DNA of 64,000 bases, from the NCBI GenBank assembly GCA_045837725.1, contig JBEWZL010000272.1:62001-126000 (forward strand), given 5' to 3'. Below are positions 35,382 through 49,659 of this stretch, in pieces (the stretch's first letter is position 1; every line of letters starts with the position of its first letter). The stretch comes from Vermamoeba vermiformis (Eukaryota). The position numbers were made by a program, and so were the translations under genes. Below the pieces are notes generated by a model. The model saw only the letters and a list, made by a program, of their open reading frames with translations, had not been told where the DNA came from and did not search any database.

Positions 35382-36340
35382 TTAGAACAACAAGCTGAAC
35401 AAAGCAATAGCGCTGATGACTCCTGAGATGGTGGATGCGCCGCTGTTAGGAGTTTTAACGGCTGAGGGACCAGTAGTAGTGGAAGGTTGAGCTTGAGGAG
35501 CACCCATTTCGTTGGGGGTCTCGGATACTATAATAATATAGATTAGATTACTACCCAATAATACTGCATAGGAAGAATTACCCGTGGGAACAGCAGTGGG
35601 AGGAGGTACTGCGGCACAGCCAGTTTGCGTCGCAGAATAGTCAGTATAGACGCATTGGTTCTCAGGGAGGGTCAAATCAACAGGACAGCTCGAACCAGTG
35701 CACATAACTGCGTTCAAAACACCGGCATCTGAGCAGGTGGTGTTGACGGTTGCCTCGGTGCGGCCTCCACCAAGAGCGGTGACTACCATTGGTCCAGAAT
35801 AATTCTCGGCAACTAAGTAATTAGGGGATTAATACTAATCAGAATTATAAGCTGCGTTACCAAATTTGTTTTGGTAACAAATCCAGCCGTTGGATCGCGT
35901 CAAAAAGTGTAAAATTCATAACGTAAAATCCAAATATAATTATAAAACTTACAGTAATAAATTCGAACGTAATCCTTGACAGTGCAGTTGTCAGATGAGG
36001 GATAAGTAGTAACGACAACAGGCAACGCAGAAAACTCGGTCATGTTAGGCTTATCCACCTGACATCCAGCAAAGTAGCCATAGTCTGGGTTAGTATCGAG
36101 AGAGGTTGCAATCCGGGGCTTGTTGTGTCGATCTCTTTACTAGGCAAGCCTGGAGTTGGGTCTAGCGATAATAAAAAATATTAGATTAATTTTGTTGTGC
36201 ATATAATAGTCAATTCTTACTAATTCAATGGCCACGGGGGTCGTGCAGTTGCTGTTGGAATAAGTGATGTAGTAGCCCCAGCTTTGACCGAGCACAGTCG
36301 TGCAGGCGATTAAAACGAGCAAAACAATCAACTTTTGCAT
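35382..36340 (-). CDS. Secreted Cys-containing surface protein with S/T/P stalk and probable GPI signal; apparent frameshift near 36106
   Basis: Signal peptide MQKLIVLLVLIACTTVLG; C-terminal SGASTISGVISAIALFSLLF. Confidence 0.7.
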
Positions 36341-36790
36341 TGTGTCTGTCGTGTTGTACAACGGTTGATTCAATTGAATAAATAGAACAGAAATATCTTG
36401 TCAACGATATTAAATGACACTTTGACATTTCATCACGTTCTGCCTTCCCTGGAAGAATTAATGAAAATTGTCCTATTTTGTAATGATTACGTATTAAATT
36501 AGCATGGTGGCATTTAATCAAAAATATCGAAATGTTTGACGAAGATCGGGCGGACAGTTTAAACGGTTATCCAGCAATACGGTGGTTCGTATTTTACCAT
36601 TAATGTCTCAGCGGAAGGGAGAAAGTTATCGGAATAAATTGATTGCGCTTCGTAACGTGGCAGTTTTCGCGTTTTTGCTTCACTACTTACGTGTCAGTTT
36701 ATTCTTCGCTCGTACACGTGGCAGAAAAAAAGCATAAATAAAAGAAGGTACGCATTTGTTAGATTAATGTAATTCACATTTCGTTTAAGC

Positions 36791-38285
36791 ATGAAGCGAG
36801 TAGTCTTATTGATCCTCCTTGGCATTTTCAGCGCAGTGCTCTGGGACATTTTTCCAAGTTTGAAAAATGAGCCCGACATTGCTCTAACAACGTCAAAGAT
36901 AACAACACCAGTAATGGACAATTTAAAACAGTTTTTAACAGCTTTAGACCTCGATGATGCATTGCACACTGCAGGACAAGTTGATTCGAGCAATGTAGGT
37001 GCCACTGTGGATTACGATTAATTAGGCTCTAATTATAATACTATTATTATTAATAGGCGGAGGTTGTAACAGCAGTACGCGATATAATTAACAATAAATG
37101 GGAGACGGATAAGCAAGCGGTGTATAATTTGTTACAAAATAGTTTCGTGATCCCCGAAGATATTCGATTCAGTACTTTAATGAAAGGTAAGAATATTAAT
37201 TATAATAATATAATATTATTTTAAATAATTACGCAAATTGTCGAAGATTCTTGGTGCCCGATTTTCATTGAACGGAATAAGAAAAAACGCGGATTTGTAC
37301 TTACTAAATTCAATTAGGCATTGATGATACAAAGATACGCGCATATAACTTAGCAGCGGTAGTTGGATTGCAAAGCTATCAATTCTCCGCAGATCAGCGC
37401 CCGATCGCGAAAGAAAAGTTACTCCGCCTTGCTTCCAGCAGCAGCTCGCCAGCTAATGCTAGGTATATAGGGTGCTATACTATATAGATAATCTTAATAA
37501 CATGCCGTAGAGCCATAACGTCCTTAATGGACTTGACAAAGTACCCAGACGATTTCCCGGCTTTTCTGAAGATTTATGCGACTACCGAAGATAATAGCGT
37601 TAAGGTATATATACGGTATTTCTATTATACTGAAAATCAATTATTTACTTTATTTTCAAATACATAAAATTTTGGTGCATCCGTTTGAGAGCGTTACAGT
37701 TAGTTAATAATGCAGCCAAGCTAATATAATTTCATAGTACGGTGCTCGTGCAAGTATACTACGCTATTACAATACAAGACCGAAAGAAGAGTTCATTGAG
37801 GCCATTAAGGCTCAAAATCTCTTGTCGCCAGAAGATCTGGACAGTTTAGCCAGCACTCACGGCGATGATACGTTATCATTTGGCCTATTGTCTTACATCC
37901 CTAATTTGAGCGAGATTGAACCGATGGAACGTTATCGTACGAGAATTCTTTCGATGTTTGATCAGGTGGATGTCGGAAAGAAAGGCAAAATTAATGCTAC
38001 GGAGTTCTGCGAATTCTTGCAAGCGATTAGGAAACTCGACTATGACTACTGAGGAGGCTGCCGAGATGATTAAGGTACTATAATAATCGCACTAAGAATT
38101 TTTTTGAACTTTTCCGTTAGCAGATCTGCTTTTGCTTGTACATTACTAGTACTAACGAATATGCTTCATAGAAATCTAAGCGTTATCAACGGTTCGATGA
38201 TGGCACGTTCTTGACGCGCGCAGACTGGTACGACATTTTACAAGGCAAACTGCGCTTTAAAGACATCGATTATCCTCTGTGGTAA
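36791..38285 (+). CDS. Signal/anchor-bearing helical protein with C-terminal EF-hand pair; apparent frameshift near 38027
   Basis: Hydrophobic N-terminus; MFDQVDVGKKGKINATEF; AIGNSTMTTEEAAEMIK after frame correction. Confidence 0.7.
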
Positions 38286-38625
38286 TAGTCGCGAGCCTAT
38301 TGCTTTGTCATGCCGCTAAAAATAGCTTGATTTTGCGTATATCTCATTATTAGAGGCTTATAGACTCGTGCTTATGTTGTAAATAAAGACCAGGTTTGGT
38401 AATGGGGTTAATAAGATTGTATACATCCCGCTAAATTCGACTGGCAATATACTATTTCAATGCGCAACATCTTGTGCTCCAACATGCTAGATCCAAGTTC
38501 GAACGTTAGTCATTAATCGCTGGCTGGGCTCTTTCCTTCGAGAATTGTCAATTTCAAATTCTGTAATCACTTTATTGTTTAAAATACAACCACGAAAGAA
38601 TTAATCTTTAGTAAATATTAATAAT

Positions 38626-39195
38626 ATGGAACAAGACTTTAGAATGAGTGGTGGCCTTGAGATTAACAAGCCTCCAAATTTCTCCAGTGAAGATCGAGGA
38701 AAAGAAATTAGAAGTTGGATTAATAAGGTCAGATAATTATATATTTATACTACCAAATTGATATTCGTAAAATAACACCCGTTAAACAGTCAGATGAAGA
38801 GGCGTATTCAGTGATTCTGTATGAAAGATTAATAGAAACGATCGCGCATCATACTGGAGGTATTTAACGTTTCGTAATATCGTATCAGATTTTTTGACGA
38901 ATATTAAGAATTTTCGCGATATTTAATTGTTTTGCGTGTCAGATTCGGATGTGCACTTCCATGACGAGCTGCTAGATGAGGAAAGCTTCTTGGTTTCTTA
39001 TATCAACGATATTATATCGCCTTTAGCATACAAAGAAGGTAGGTTGATAACTTTGTAACGTAAATCTGATCTCGATCTTTTGCTAAATCTGTGTTTCTAG
39101 CTTTGGGTGAGCTGCAGAAGCTTCAAAATCAACCAAATTATAACGCACACAAAGGATATATTAAATCTTCATTCGATGGTGACTTTGATTTGTAA
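38626..39195 (+). CDS. Small hypothetical protein, 4 exons
   Basis: Exons splice in frame with canonical sites to about 120 aa. Confidence 0.55.
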
Positions 39196-39840
39196 TTTTA
39201 TGATTAAACTGGATTTGTTTGAAGCGGCGGATTTAGCTTTTTATGGCATAAATTAGAGAAATGACGAGGAACCACTAATTAAGTATGGTCATTAATTGGG
39301 CTAGCAATGGTTGGCAACGCATTCAATCGGCCACAATCAGGAAATCACAGATCGCTAATCCACGAACGAAAATTGGACTTATTTGGGTTAATTGCAGATA
39401 CGCGAACCGCTGATTCGGATCTGGTAAATCCATTCCAACGAGCGGTGGTAAATACGGAGGCCGCGGCGCAGTAAATTCACTCGGTAACTCACTTTATTCC
39501 AGTACGCGGGGAACGATCGAGGATCCAATTCCACACTCGACGAGAAAAGCGCTTATTATGATTGTAAGTGGGTGTTTTGGTGGTTGTAGATCTCCCGAAA
39601 GATAGATTATTAACGATGGGACGGGATCTAGCTAAATAAATCATTCGGGATCACATCCGTGTCTCTTCGTTTGCTAGAATTGTTTATTCTTATTCTTAGT
39701 TCGCGGTATTCTTTGGCCATAGTCTACCCAAGTCATATGACTGGGAATGAGGACAGAATCTAAAATAGGCAAAAAGCAAAGCGAAAAATTTATCTTTATT
39801 TTTGTATTATTTAATCGAACGACATCCACAACTCAGCGTC

Positions 39841-41663
39841 ATGGAAGTCATTGATCCTAGACTCCCTAACATGCTCTCTCGGTCTAGGGGTAGTGGGCAA
39901 TACCCCGACATCAAAGACTTTGATGTAACAGATGTAGAGAAACAAATTGGAAATGTCTTGATCTCAAAATCTGAGCTTGGAAGAGGCAGTTATTCAGTAG
40001 TAAAAACAGGATACGACATTAAGTCACATAGAAAAGTGGCTATCAAAATTATAGACAAAGTAACACTCACGAATATCGGAAGACTAAATCTTGAATCTGA
40101 GCTTCAAATCCATCAACTTATTTCGTCGTTTCATCACCCGAATATTATCGAGTTATACGAAGTGGTCGAAGATAGTCACAGAATATATATGATTATGGAA
40201 CTAGCTAACGGAGGAGATTTGGTTACGCTAATCGAACAAAAAGGTATGGTTTGCTTTATAAGGCCAATTTATTCATCAATTTTAGTATATTAAATTAATT
40301 CCTAGCAAATTTGACTTAATTCTTACAATTTTAACAAAGCAGTTCAAATATTATCGGATTTCATAAATTTATCTTGACGTTTAGTTGTTTATGGGCAATT
40401 ATTGTTAGTAGATCGATCTAACTAAATAGTCCACCTATCATACCGCAAATAGTCACGTAAAAGTCTTGAATTAACATTCGCTGCTTTTTCTTAATGCCAA
40501 ATCCGGAATAATCACCGAACAAAATCTTACTGACGTTAATTTGAATAGGAAAACTGACGGAAGATGAAGCAAAGCCCTTATTTAAGCAAATAGTATCCGC
40601 AGTTCAGTTCCTTCATTCTCACAATATCACGCATCGGGACATCAAGGCCGAGAATTTTTTAATTTCCAAAGACTCGAGCGGAACCGTGCTTAAACTCTCT
40701 GATTTTGGATTGTCTGCATTTATGGACCAAGATAAGTTCTTTAGCACTCCTTGTGGCTCGCCTTGTTACGCAGGTAAGCAGATTTCAGATCCGCGCCATT
40801 TTTATTCAGTGAATTGTTTGCTTATCCTTGCCTAATTACGCTGCGCAATATATATACTTTGCCCTAGTTATTCCGTGTAATAATTTAAACGGAAGGCACG
40901 CAACAACTCGAATTAAAGTTGTCCGATCCGATCCATTCCGTTGATTTACTCGAATTTCAGAATAATTTAGTTGCGCGGGTTATTCTATCGATATATATTG
41001 CGATATTAAATAATAACAGATTTTGTGAGCGATTTTAAAGTATTTCTTGGCAATTACTAATGCTCGATCGATCTAACAGCGCCTGAAGTCGTCAACAAAC
41101 AGCCTTATAGAGGACGTGAGGTCGATGTATGGAGTATGGGTATCTTATTATACACTATTCTATGCGGAAGGTAAGCTTTATTTTGCAACAAAATGCGGAT
41201 TTCGATTCCGTGTTAGTGAATCCGTTACACGAGCTTTGTGCGCTTTGCAACAGCTTATTAACATTATATATGCTTGTTTAGGTTCCCTTTCAGCCATCCT
41301 AATATGTTGTCGCTGTTTACTATGATCAAACAGAATCAATACAGCGTACCAACACATCTCTCGGAAGATGCGCAAGATCTGATCAAGAGAATGCTTGATA
41401 AAGACTTTGATAAGCGAATTAAGGTAAGGATTGATTATTATAGCTGTTTTGAATGGCTTTTGTGGTATTTTTAGCCGAGTTCAATTTTACGGTTTCAAAT
41501 CCGCGTTATTCCATTGGTTTAATTTTCAAAATTAGTACTAATCTTGATGTATATATAGATTGAAGGTATTCTCGAGCACAACTGGCTGAGGTGGCCAGTC
41601 ATTCAAGTCGACAATACGAAGCCGATCTCATTGCCTCGCGCATGGATCTCTTCGTCATGTTAA
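39841..41663 (+). CDS. CAMK-group (SNF1/AMPK-related) Ser/Thr kinase
   Basis: LGRGSYSVV, VAIKII, HRDIKAEN, DFG, CGSPCYAAPE, DVWSMG. Confidence 0.95.
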
Positions 41664-42331
41664 TAGAGCACTATTTATAGCACCAAAATCGATCACGTGA
41701 CATCGGAGATAGAACAATTTTCATGAAACAACAAAAAGAATTCTAGTTCTGGTGGTTCGCGTGGCTCTGGTTTTGGATGCAGCAGATGTATTATATAACT
41801 CAATATGTGCGAATCGAAAACACCAAAAAACACTACAATATAGAAGGTCTTGGATATGGTACTTGCTACTCGATAATGTTAATATAGACTCTATCGTCGT
41901 GTACCAGCACCACATCCGGACCTTCAGTTTTGCACTGAGAGACACCTCTTAATGTTTTTATACTGTCCACCACTCCTTGTACATAGTCGCGTTGTTAGGC
42001 GAGGCAGGTACTAATATAACTGCTGCGTCTAGCAACACTTTTTTCTTTCAATAAAAAACTTGAACGAAACACTGGAGCTCTTTAATAACGATGCAGCAAA
42101 CAAACAGCTTGTTGATATACTTACAGCGCATGCGATAGCAGAGTCCACCTCGCTAACAGTACTCAGCGTCATTAGAAGGTTGTTTTTTTTTTAGCACCAT
42201 GGCTTCGAATACTGCAAAATCCATTGAATATTGTTCGAAATAGTACGAGCTGCGTCGCGTTTTTTGTTCTGCAACAAAGTTTGTTTCGAGATCAACCATC
42301 GATGGATATCTATCTATACATCGTGCATTGG

Positions 42332-45025
42332 TCATTTCTTGCGTGGAATGTTGCAAGTCAATTCGGGGTACGTAACAATCGGTGCCGAGAGGTCTTTGGT
42401 ACACGCATTTTGTCGGACATTCATAGTGCCAGTAGACATGTACGCAATCAATATGCCATTACTAATGATGTGACTCTTTTCTCTCGGCAGCTCTGGGAGT
42501 TGCCACTTGAACTCGGTCAGATCCCAAATCTGATCTGGTCCAATAACAGTCATGGACGTCAGATCTATAGTTGGATATTGGGTTGGCTATAATAAATTTA
42601 GTTAGTTTAGCATCTTAATGATATATTAATAAGCGGCTTTACTGTTTTCCTGCTTTGCCAATGGAAGTACGGATCCGTTGAAGTACGCACAGGGTGTGCT
42701 AGATGTCGCTTGTCCCATTGCATGATATGAGTCGATACTACATATATATCATTGTCTTTGACGTTAAAACACCGGAACCGTTCGAAGTTAAGCTCTGCCG
42801 CTAATTTTTCAGGCGTTCTTTGGTCGAACAATGTAATTCTCGCTGGACCAGCTGAATTGGAGTCTTTTCTTTCCAAACCATATATAAGTTCATCACGAAC
42901 TATCCAGTGTGACATATTTGCGTTCCAATCCAGTTTGGTGATTTGTTGCGTGGTCAGATCTATCTCAAACCCTAATAAAAATTTGGTTAAGGAGAATAGT
43001 GAGAATAGAATTATACCATATGACGTACCTTTGGCTAGTAATGCCTTAGTATCAACAGTGAAATAAAGGTTTTGTACCGTGCATTCAACATTTTTCTCAG
43101 AAATAACGCTGTACTTTTTTTGCGCATCCAGTACTGTAAATGTTGATGGCTGATTATCGCCAAATCTAGCCGACAATGTATATATACGATCATTGAGTAA
43201 TCGCGCTGATCTCTTTGCTGCTGCTGGTAGTCCCACAAATTTTAATTTTTTTCTGTTACGCGACTTTCGTTCACTGAAACAATGATTCTCCACCACTGTC
43301 ACGCCATTTTCTTCCGCAGCGATTATTTTGTCACCGTTCAATTCTATCGCTGTAATTTTGTTGCTGCCAACCCATCTTGACCGCGTAAAGTGATGCAACA
43401 ATTTGCCGTTCAAAAACTTGGATCTTAGATAAAAAAAAAGTTAACTTCCATGAACATCCATATCGATAATAATAATATGGGTATCTTCAGTTTTTAGAAA
43501 TAATAAGTAATAAGGCATTATGAGTATTAAAATGGCTAAGAATTAAAAATCCAAGATTTGTACCGGATCCTCAACTCAACTTGTACCTTTATAAAAATAT
43601 TACTTACTGATATTTTCGACGGAAATCAGTGGCACTAGCGACTGGTATCTTGGTAAAATATTTCTTTGCGATCTGTCCCCAAGCGTGTTGACTTTCGTTG
43701 ACCAATTTGAACATGCGTTTGTTCGTCAACGACAATGCAATGAGATGAGTGAAGTGCATGTGTGATATTAAATAGTAGATTATGTCTTCTGGCAGCTCTT
43801 CGAATAAATAAAAATTGCTTTCAATCGCCCTCTCATTAACGACTGTTTTTTTCGCTAATTGTTTTCGGATCCAGTTGTAGTTGCAATCTGTTGCCAAAAT
43901 AAGCATTAATAATAGAACTATATTATGGTACTTGATCTGCTTATATATATATTTAAGTCGTACCTTCAATGGTAGTGCGTAATATTCCTTGCAAGATCCA
44001 GTACGGATTTTCCTTGCGAATGAATCTGGCCGTTAATTTCGCGTACAAATCTGGCCAGTGATTTACAGCTGCAACAACAGTCTCGCCATCGACGTGTGGA
44101 AATGCTTCGAGTAGTTCAGTCAATATTGGATCTATTTCTCGCACTTGCACCTCTTTGATGATCATTTTAGTAGCCACTTCTATATCGTTGCTATACGAAT
44201 ATCATGTAGTTAGCAAGCAATATATTATTAGTATATTACAGAAAGGCTGAAAAAATGAAGTTTTTCCACGTAGATCTGGCACTCAGGTGTCACTTATCAA
44301 ATTTATATAGGACCAATGATAGACAATTTATAGATTTTGTATTAATTGGTATTGATGGTCAAATTAAATCAGGGTCAGCCAGACTTACCTCGATGGAAGT
44401 TGCTTCGCCGCTTGGAGCCAAATTCTGCAAATAATTCGGTCGGTAGAAAACGCATAATAGCGCTTGTAAATGTCGTTCCACAACTCCTCGCACTTGAGTT
44501 TATCTGCCTCATCAAAGTTCAAGAAATGCACGAGACGGTAAGCATCCCAAGGCCGTGATGGTTTTAGTATGTATTGTTTGGCCTTGGTCTGAAATTCCTC
44601 TTCGGAAATCTTCCGAACGACATTACTGTAAAAAAAAATAGTTAATTATTTAATTTTATATTAGCTTCGGTTCTATTAAAGACGGGTTGACCTTAAAATC
44701 AATATCATAATTAAAAAAAAATTTCTATTGGTTTTACATTAAAAAGAATGAATCCATCGGTAGATCCAAAACACTTCGATTTGTCTCATCGCGCCAGTCG
44801 GCTAATGCATCTATCACTCCTGGGCACTCCAGAGATGGCTAGTATTATATTTCTGCATTGCGATATTTCAGCAAGAAACGGCAGGTTGGGTAATCCGATT
44901 ATGCATTGGATCGCCTTCTCCAACAGCGTTCCAGCAGAGTTAATTCGTGCAACATAATTTGCGCATTTTTGTTCCGTTAAAATATTTACGAGTTGAGTAA
45001 TGTGACTTTCGAGAGTAACTTCCAT
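42332..45025 (-). CDS. F-box protein with central F-box and beta-propeller-like C-terminus; 5' exons uncertain
   Basis: FEELPEDIIYYLISHM...LSLTNKRM...W F-box at about 43680-43805, followed by beta-strand-rich exons. Confidence 0.65.
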
Positions 45026-45332
45026 GCTAAACAGAAAAAAAATAAAAATCATAGGCCTAACCAAAAATAGAATTTCTTGCTTATAAAAGCTAATAATATT
45101 TTTCTATGTAATTTTTGAAGATTTAGAAAATTTAAAGACTGGCTGTTTTTTCGATCCAATAAATTGTGATTTTACCTTTAATAATAACGTTATTGTAGTC
45201 AATTTACATATAACAGGTGGTGATATTAGTTGCATTCGTTTGCACTGGAGTGGTTCCGTTGTGTCACTTCCTTGCGAAATTAAATGACCAACTGAAAAAT
45301 TGGGTCGTAATTAGTTGCACCCGAGACGATGA

Positions 45333-45492
45333 GGGGGGCGCCCGCGGTGAAAAAACCACTTATTAGACCTCGCCGCGTGTAGGTTTCATTTGTCGGCCAG
45401 AGCATCCCCAGGTCCATACGGCATCCGGGGGTAAAACCTACCGACCCGGGCGCTATTGTGGTTTCAAGACCGACGGAAGTTATACGCCTCCC
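45333..45492. mobile_element. 160-bp GC-rich MITE-like element with 7(-8)-bp target-site duplication
   Basis: Ends GGGGGGCG / CGCCTCCC; flanking ACGATGA at 45326-32 and 45493-99; imperfect palindrome throughout. Confidence 0.75.
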
Positions 45493-45554
45493 ACGATGAG
45501 ATTTAAATTGAACTTTAATTAAGCTATTGAAATGTACATAATAAGTCGTGCACC

Positions 45555-47435
45555 CTATTTATGTACGCGAAATTTTAAATGTAAAGGTCGCACGTTTTTC
45601 TGCGGTTTTCTCTCAGGCACGGCTTGCACCGTCCGTAAGTTGGTTTGTAGCGAGATTAAGCGCGAGATATTGCTTTGAAGCGGCGCCACTGCCTCTACGT
45701 CTAAGAGCACCAACCTCTCTAACGCCAATTTAGGCACATTAGCCACGTGATCGATGAACTGTGCTGCTGTCCCAGGTTGTGAGTGACAGTTTACACGACA
45801 AGCCAATGATCGTAATCGTGTTAATTGTGAGAAGGATGGGTATCCACAGATCTTCAGTTCGAGCACTTCGAGACTGGTCAGCGAGTCAATTCCACTGATG
45901 TTGTGGCACGGCAAGTGTTGCAGTCCGGGCGAGGGAGCGGAACAACTCGGACACTGCAGACGAAGTAATGTCACGTGCTGCAATGATGATATGTCCACTG
46001 ACTGCTGCAGAGTGAAGTTGATCAATACTAAACTTTCCAAATTTGGTAATGCGTTGCAAAGTCCTTCCAAGTTGAAATTGAGTGTCGGCTGGTTGGATAA
46101 CGATTTGAATTGCAAGTCTTTCAAATGGCTCAATTTTGCCAAATAAGGCAGAATATCTACCATTGTGTCTAAACAAGCGAAATCTAACTTCGTCAAGTTA
46201 GCTAACACTGATAACTTGGAGATCTGTTCTTCTTTCTGGATGCACTCCAAAATCGGCAATTCCAAATCTTTCAATCGCACCAATTGGTCTACTGGCAGTG
46301 ATTGCAATGGTTCTTTGTAATGAACCTTCAATTGCGTTAAATTTGTGCAATGGTTGAGATTTTCTAACTTGACGTAAAGATCGACGTTCACTATCGCAAG
46401 ACTTTCCAAATTAGGAAACTTCTGCAAATCCACAGTTTTGATTCTAGAACACCTGTAGAGATTCAACCGCCGTAAATTTGTTGTTACGGAGTATAGGCCG
46501 TCGTGGAAAAGATACGACCAACTCAAGGACAAGTCTTTGAGCTCAGTCAACTGTGAGATGTGATGTAGCGCGTTGTTTGATAAGACACTGGACTGCACGC
46601 TTAACTTTGTCAGATGTCTTTGCGAGAGTTCTTTGCAAAGACCGAGGAACTCTACGTCGTCAATGCCAACAAAGCACGAAACTCCACCAATGCCGTGAGA
46701 TGTTTCGTCAATTGCAGCGTGTTGACCGATCCTGCTTCGCACATAGACAAATGCAAGGCTTTGAGTCTATCGAGATGTTTCAACGGCAGCAGTTCCACTA
46801 AACAAAAAATCAGGGGTCAATTGACGTGATTACAGGATCCAAAATATTATCAAAATCGTATTTAGTTTAGGTGCACTTATTATAGCAGTACTTACGCCCT
46901 AACGCAGCACCCTCAGCTTGCGTAAACGATGAAATATTCGGACATTTTTTCAACAGCGATAGAGTCTTGCGCGCTGCAATCAAATCGGGTGCGCGTAAAT
47001 TCATTATTTCAAGCGCGTTGGGCGTTTCCTGGTACCAGGAATTTGATACCGCTTGCAACCTAAATAGAATTTTATTAAAGATTTAATTTTAATTATAATA
47101 ATAAAGCTTTATCACATTAGGACTGCTTTATTTCCGAAAAATTCTATTTCAGAATTTTTGAGCCGAATTCTGGGCACAAATTAATTTTTAAGTAAGATCT
47201 ACCTTATTGCGATATATAACTTGACTTACCGAACAGCGTCTTTCCAACTTAAGTAAGAAAAAATATTGTAGCGTATTTCTTTAGGTAAACCACGAAACGC
47301 ATCTGAATCTTCGAGACTTTCTCCGTAACCTAGCTTTGGCCGCTTTAAGTCCTTTGAAATGTCGTCTGAACGATCCTTATTAATAAAATCATCTGCAAAA
47401 TCGTCGTATTTTCGCTTTTGTGCTTCTGTAGACAT
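45555..47435 (-). CDS. F-box/LRR protein (paralog A), 3 exons; apparent frameshift near 46680
   Basis: FRGLPKEIRYNIFSYLSWKDAVRLQAVS followed by LxxLxL repeats. Confidence 0.85.
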
Positions 47436-47535
47436 GGCGCTCTCATAATGCCCAAAGTTTTCGGCCTTTGCCGAAAACCCACAACTTACTGGCACATTTT
47501 ACTTATATAAAATGCTAAAATACAATGGTAGCGTC

Positions 47536-49480
47536 TCATAACGAAAGGCTGAATTTGTCATCATCGCTCCACTCGGCAGCTTCTTTCTCTTTTTCTTTGA
47601 GCTCATCCGCGTACTGCTGCATCGACCTCTTGAAGCCCATCAAAGATGAAGTATGATAGTTAGAACGGCTCTTTTCGGGAGATGGTGCCGTGCCTACGAG
47701 TAACTCTTGTAACGACGTCTGCAACGTAATTAAACGAGTGATGCTATCGTGGATACTTTTTTCTGCCACGCCTGTTATTTGGAACTTCTCTAACGCTAAC
47801 TTGGGTACGTTAGCCACGTGATCGATGAACTGTGCTGCTGTCACAGGTTGTGAGTGACAGTTCACACGGTAAGTCAGTGATCGTAATCGCGTCAGTTGCG
47901 ACAAGGACGGGTATCCACAGATCTTCAGTTCGAGCACTTCGAGATTGGTCAGCGAGTCAATGCCACTGATTTTGTGGCACGGCAAGTGTTGCAGTCCGGG
48001 CAGGTGAGCGGAGCAATTCGGACAGTCGATAACTAGCGCCGTCAAATGTCGTAACGGTGAGATATTCGGTGCTGATTGGGGTGCCATCCATCCATCCAGG
48101 GTCAAGCTTTCCAAATTTGGCAAGGCATTGCACAAGTCATCAATAGGAAAGTATGCCCTAATGAACGATTTTATAAACAGTGCCTTCAGTTGAGTCAAGC
48201 TCCATAGCGATGAAAAGTTGCTGGCTGGTGAAGGATTGATTAAATCGAGCTTTGTGAGGTGAATCAACGGTGTTAAATTATCGAACTGCTCGTTCGTCGA
48301 GATTTCTGGGTGCATAATGCATTCAAGATCTAGCAATTGAGTCATTTTATGAATCGGCAGTGCTGTCATTGGGAATTTGATATTAGGCTTCAATTGCGTT
48401 AAATTTCCACATTGAGTGATTTTCGCTAAGGCTACAGTCCATGCCGGGTTCTGAACTGTCAAGCTTTCCAAATAAGGAAATAAAGATACATCAAACCCTC
48501 GAATGCTGTGGCATTCATAAAGATTCAACCGCCGCAAATTAGTTGACAAGGGAGGTAGTCCACAGCGTGAATTTTTCAGCGTGAAATCTTTTAGTCCAGT
48601 TAGCAATGATAAGCTCTCCAATCCACGGGAAGTTATTACATTTGTGTCTAATGTCAATCTGGTCAAATGTCTTTGCGAAAATTGAACGCAAAAGTAAGAA
48701 AATATTTCGTCGGCATTAGTGTAATATCCCGTATCTTTCGTTGCCCAAGTCAAGTCCTCCAATGCCTTCAATATGTTCTATCATCTGCTTGAAATCTTCA
48801 AAGTTGCTAACTTGTGTGTGCAGCGATGTCAGTCGATTTAACTGAAACTGACTCAATGCCATTAGCGCCACTATTGCATTTGAAAAATATCAGAATTTGC
48901 ACCAAAACGATATTAAACATTTCTTAAATAAGTTAAACTGCTACTTACGGTGAAATTGATAATAAGGACTACCATACAATTGTGTCAGCGAAGAGATATT
49001 CTTGCTCTTTGATAATATCCACGAAATGTCTCGTGCGTCATTGAGTTCATCGGGTTTAAAATGCAATACTTTTAAGCCATTCATTGTTTCTTGGTACCAC
49101 ATGCTTGATACGGCTCGCAAACTATGACACACAAGAGAGTGTTAGCCACTTTTCGTTATGATAAAAATATTTATGTTCTATCTTAAGATAGAATTGGCAC
49201 TAATTAAATCAGCTTGAAAGATATGATACGTAAGAATTATTATATAAAAAAATTAAAATAATTCAGAAAATTATGAACTTGGTTTGTCCACTTACCGAAC
49301 AGCGTCTTTCCAATTTAAATATGAGAAAATATTTTCTCGTAACTCTGCGGGTAAAACCAGAAGCGGATTCGAATCTAGGGAGCTGTCTGGATCCTGCTTC
49401 TGTCTTTTTTGTTCTCTCTCATCTTGATCGTTTTGAGCGACGTTATCATAGCTTCGTTTGCGTGGTGCTTCAACCGACAT
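47536..49480 (-). CDS. F-box/LRR protein (paralog B), 3 exons; apparent frameshift near 48772
   Basis: LPAELRENIFSYLNWKDAVRLRAVS, LRRs, same intron positions as paralog A. Confidence 0.85.
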
Positions 49481-49659
49481 TGGATTACAACAAAAAACGC
49501 AAGGATTTTTCAAATCAAAAGCGCAAACGTTTTACGGAAAGAACTAAATTTATAAACTAGAAGTACAATGAAAAAAAGAGATAGCATTCCAATACAACTA
49601 CAAGCGTGTAGTCCCGATGCAGTGGGTTTGTATTGAAGTGCGGGTCAGATCTCGATAAC

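Noticed and set aside
41720-42320. Possible decayed gene on the minus strand with splice-like sites
   Set aside because: Frames contain stops and no family could be recognised.
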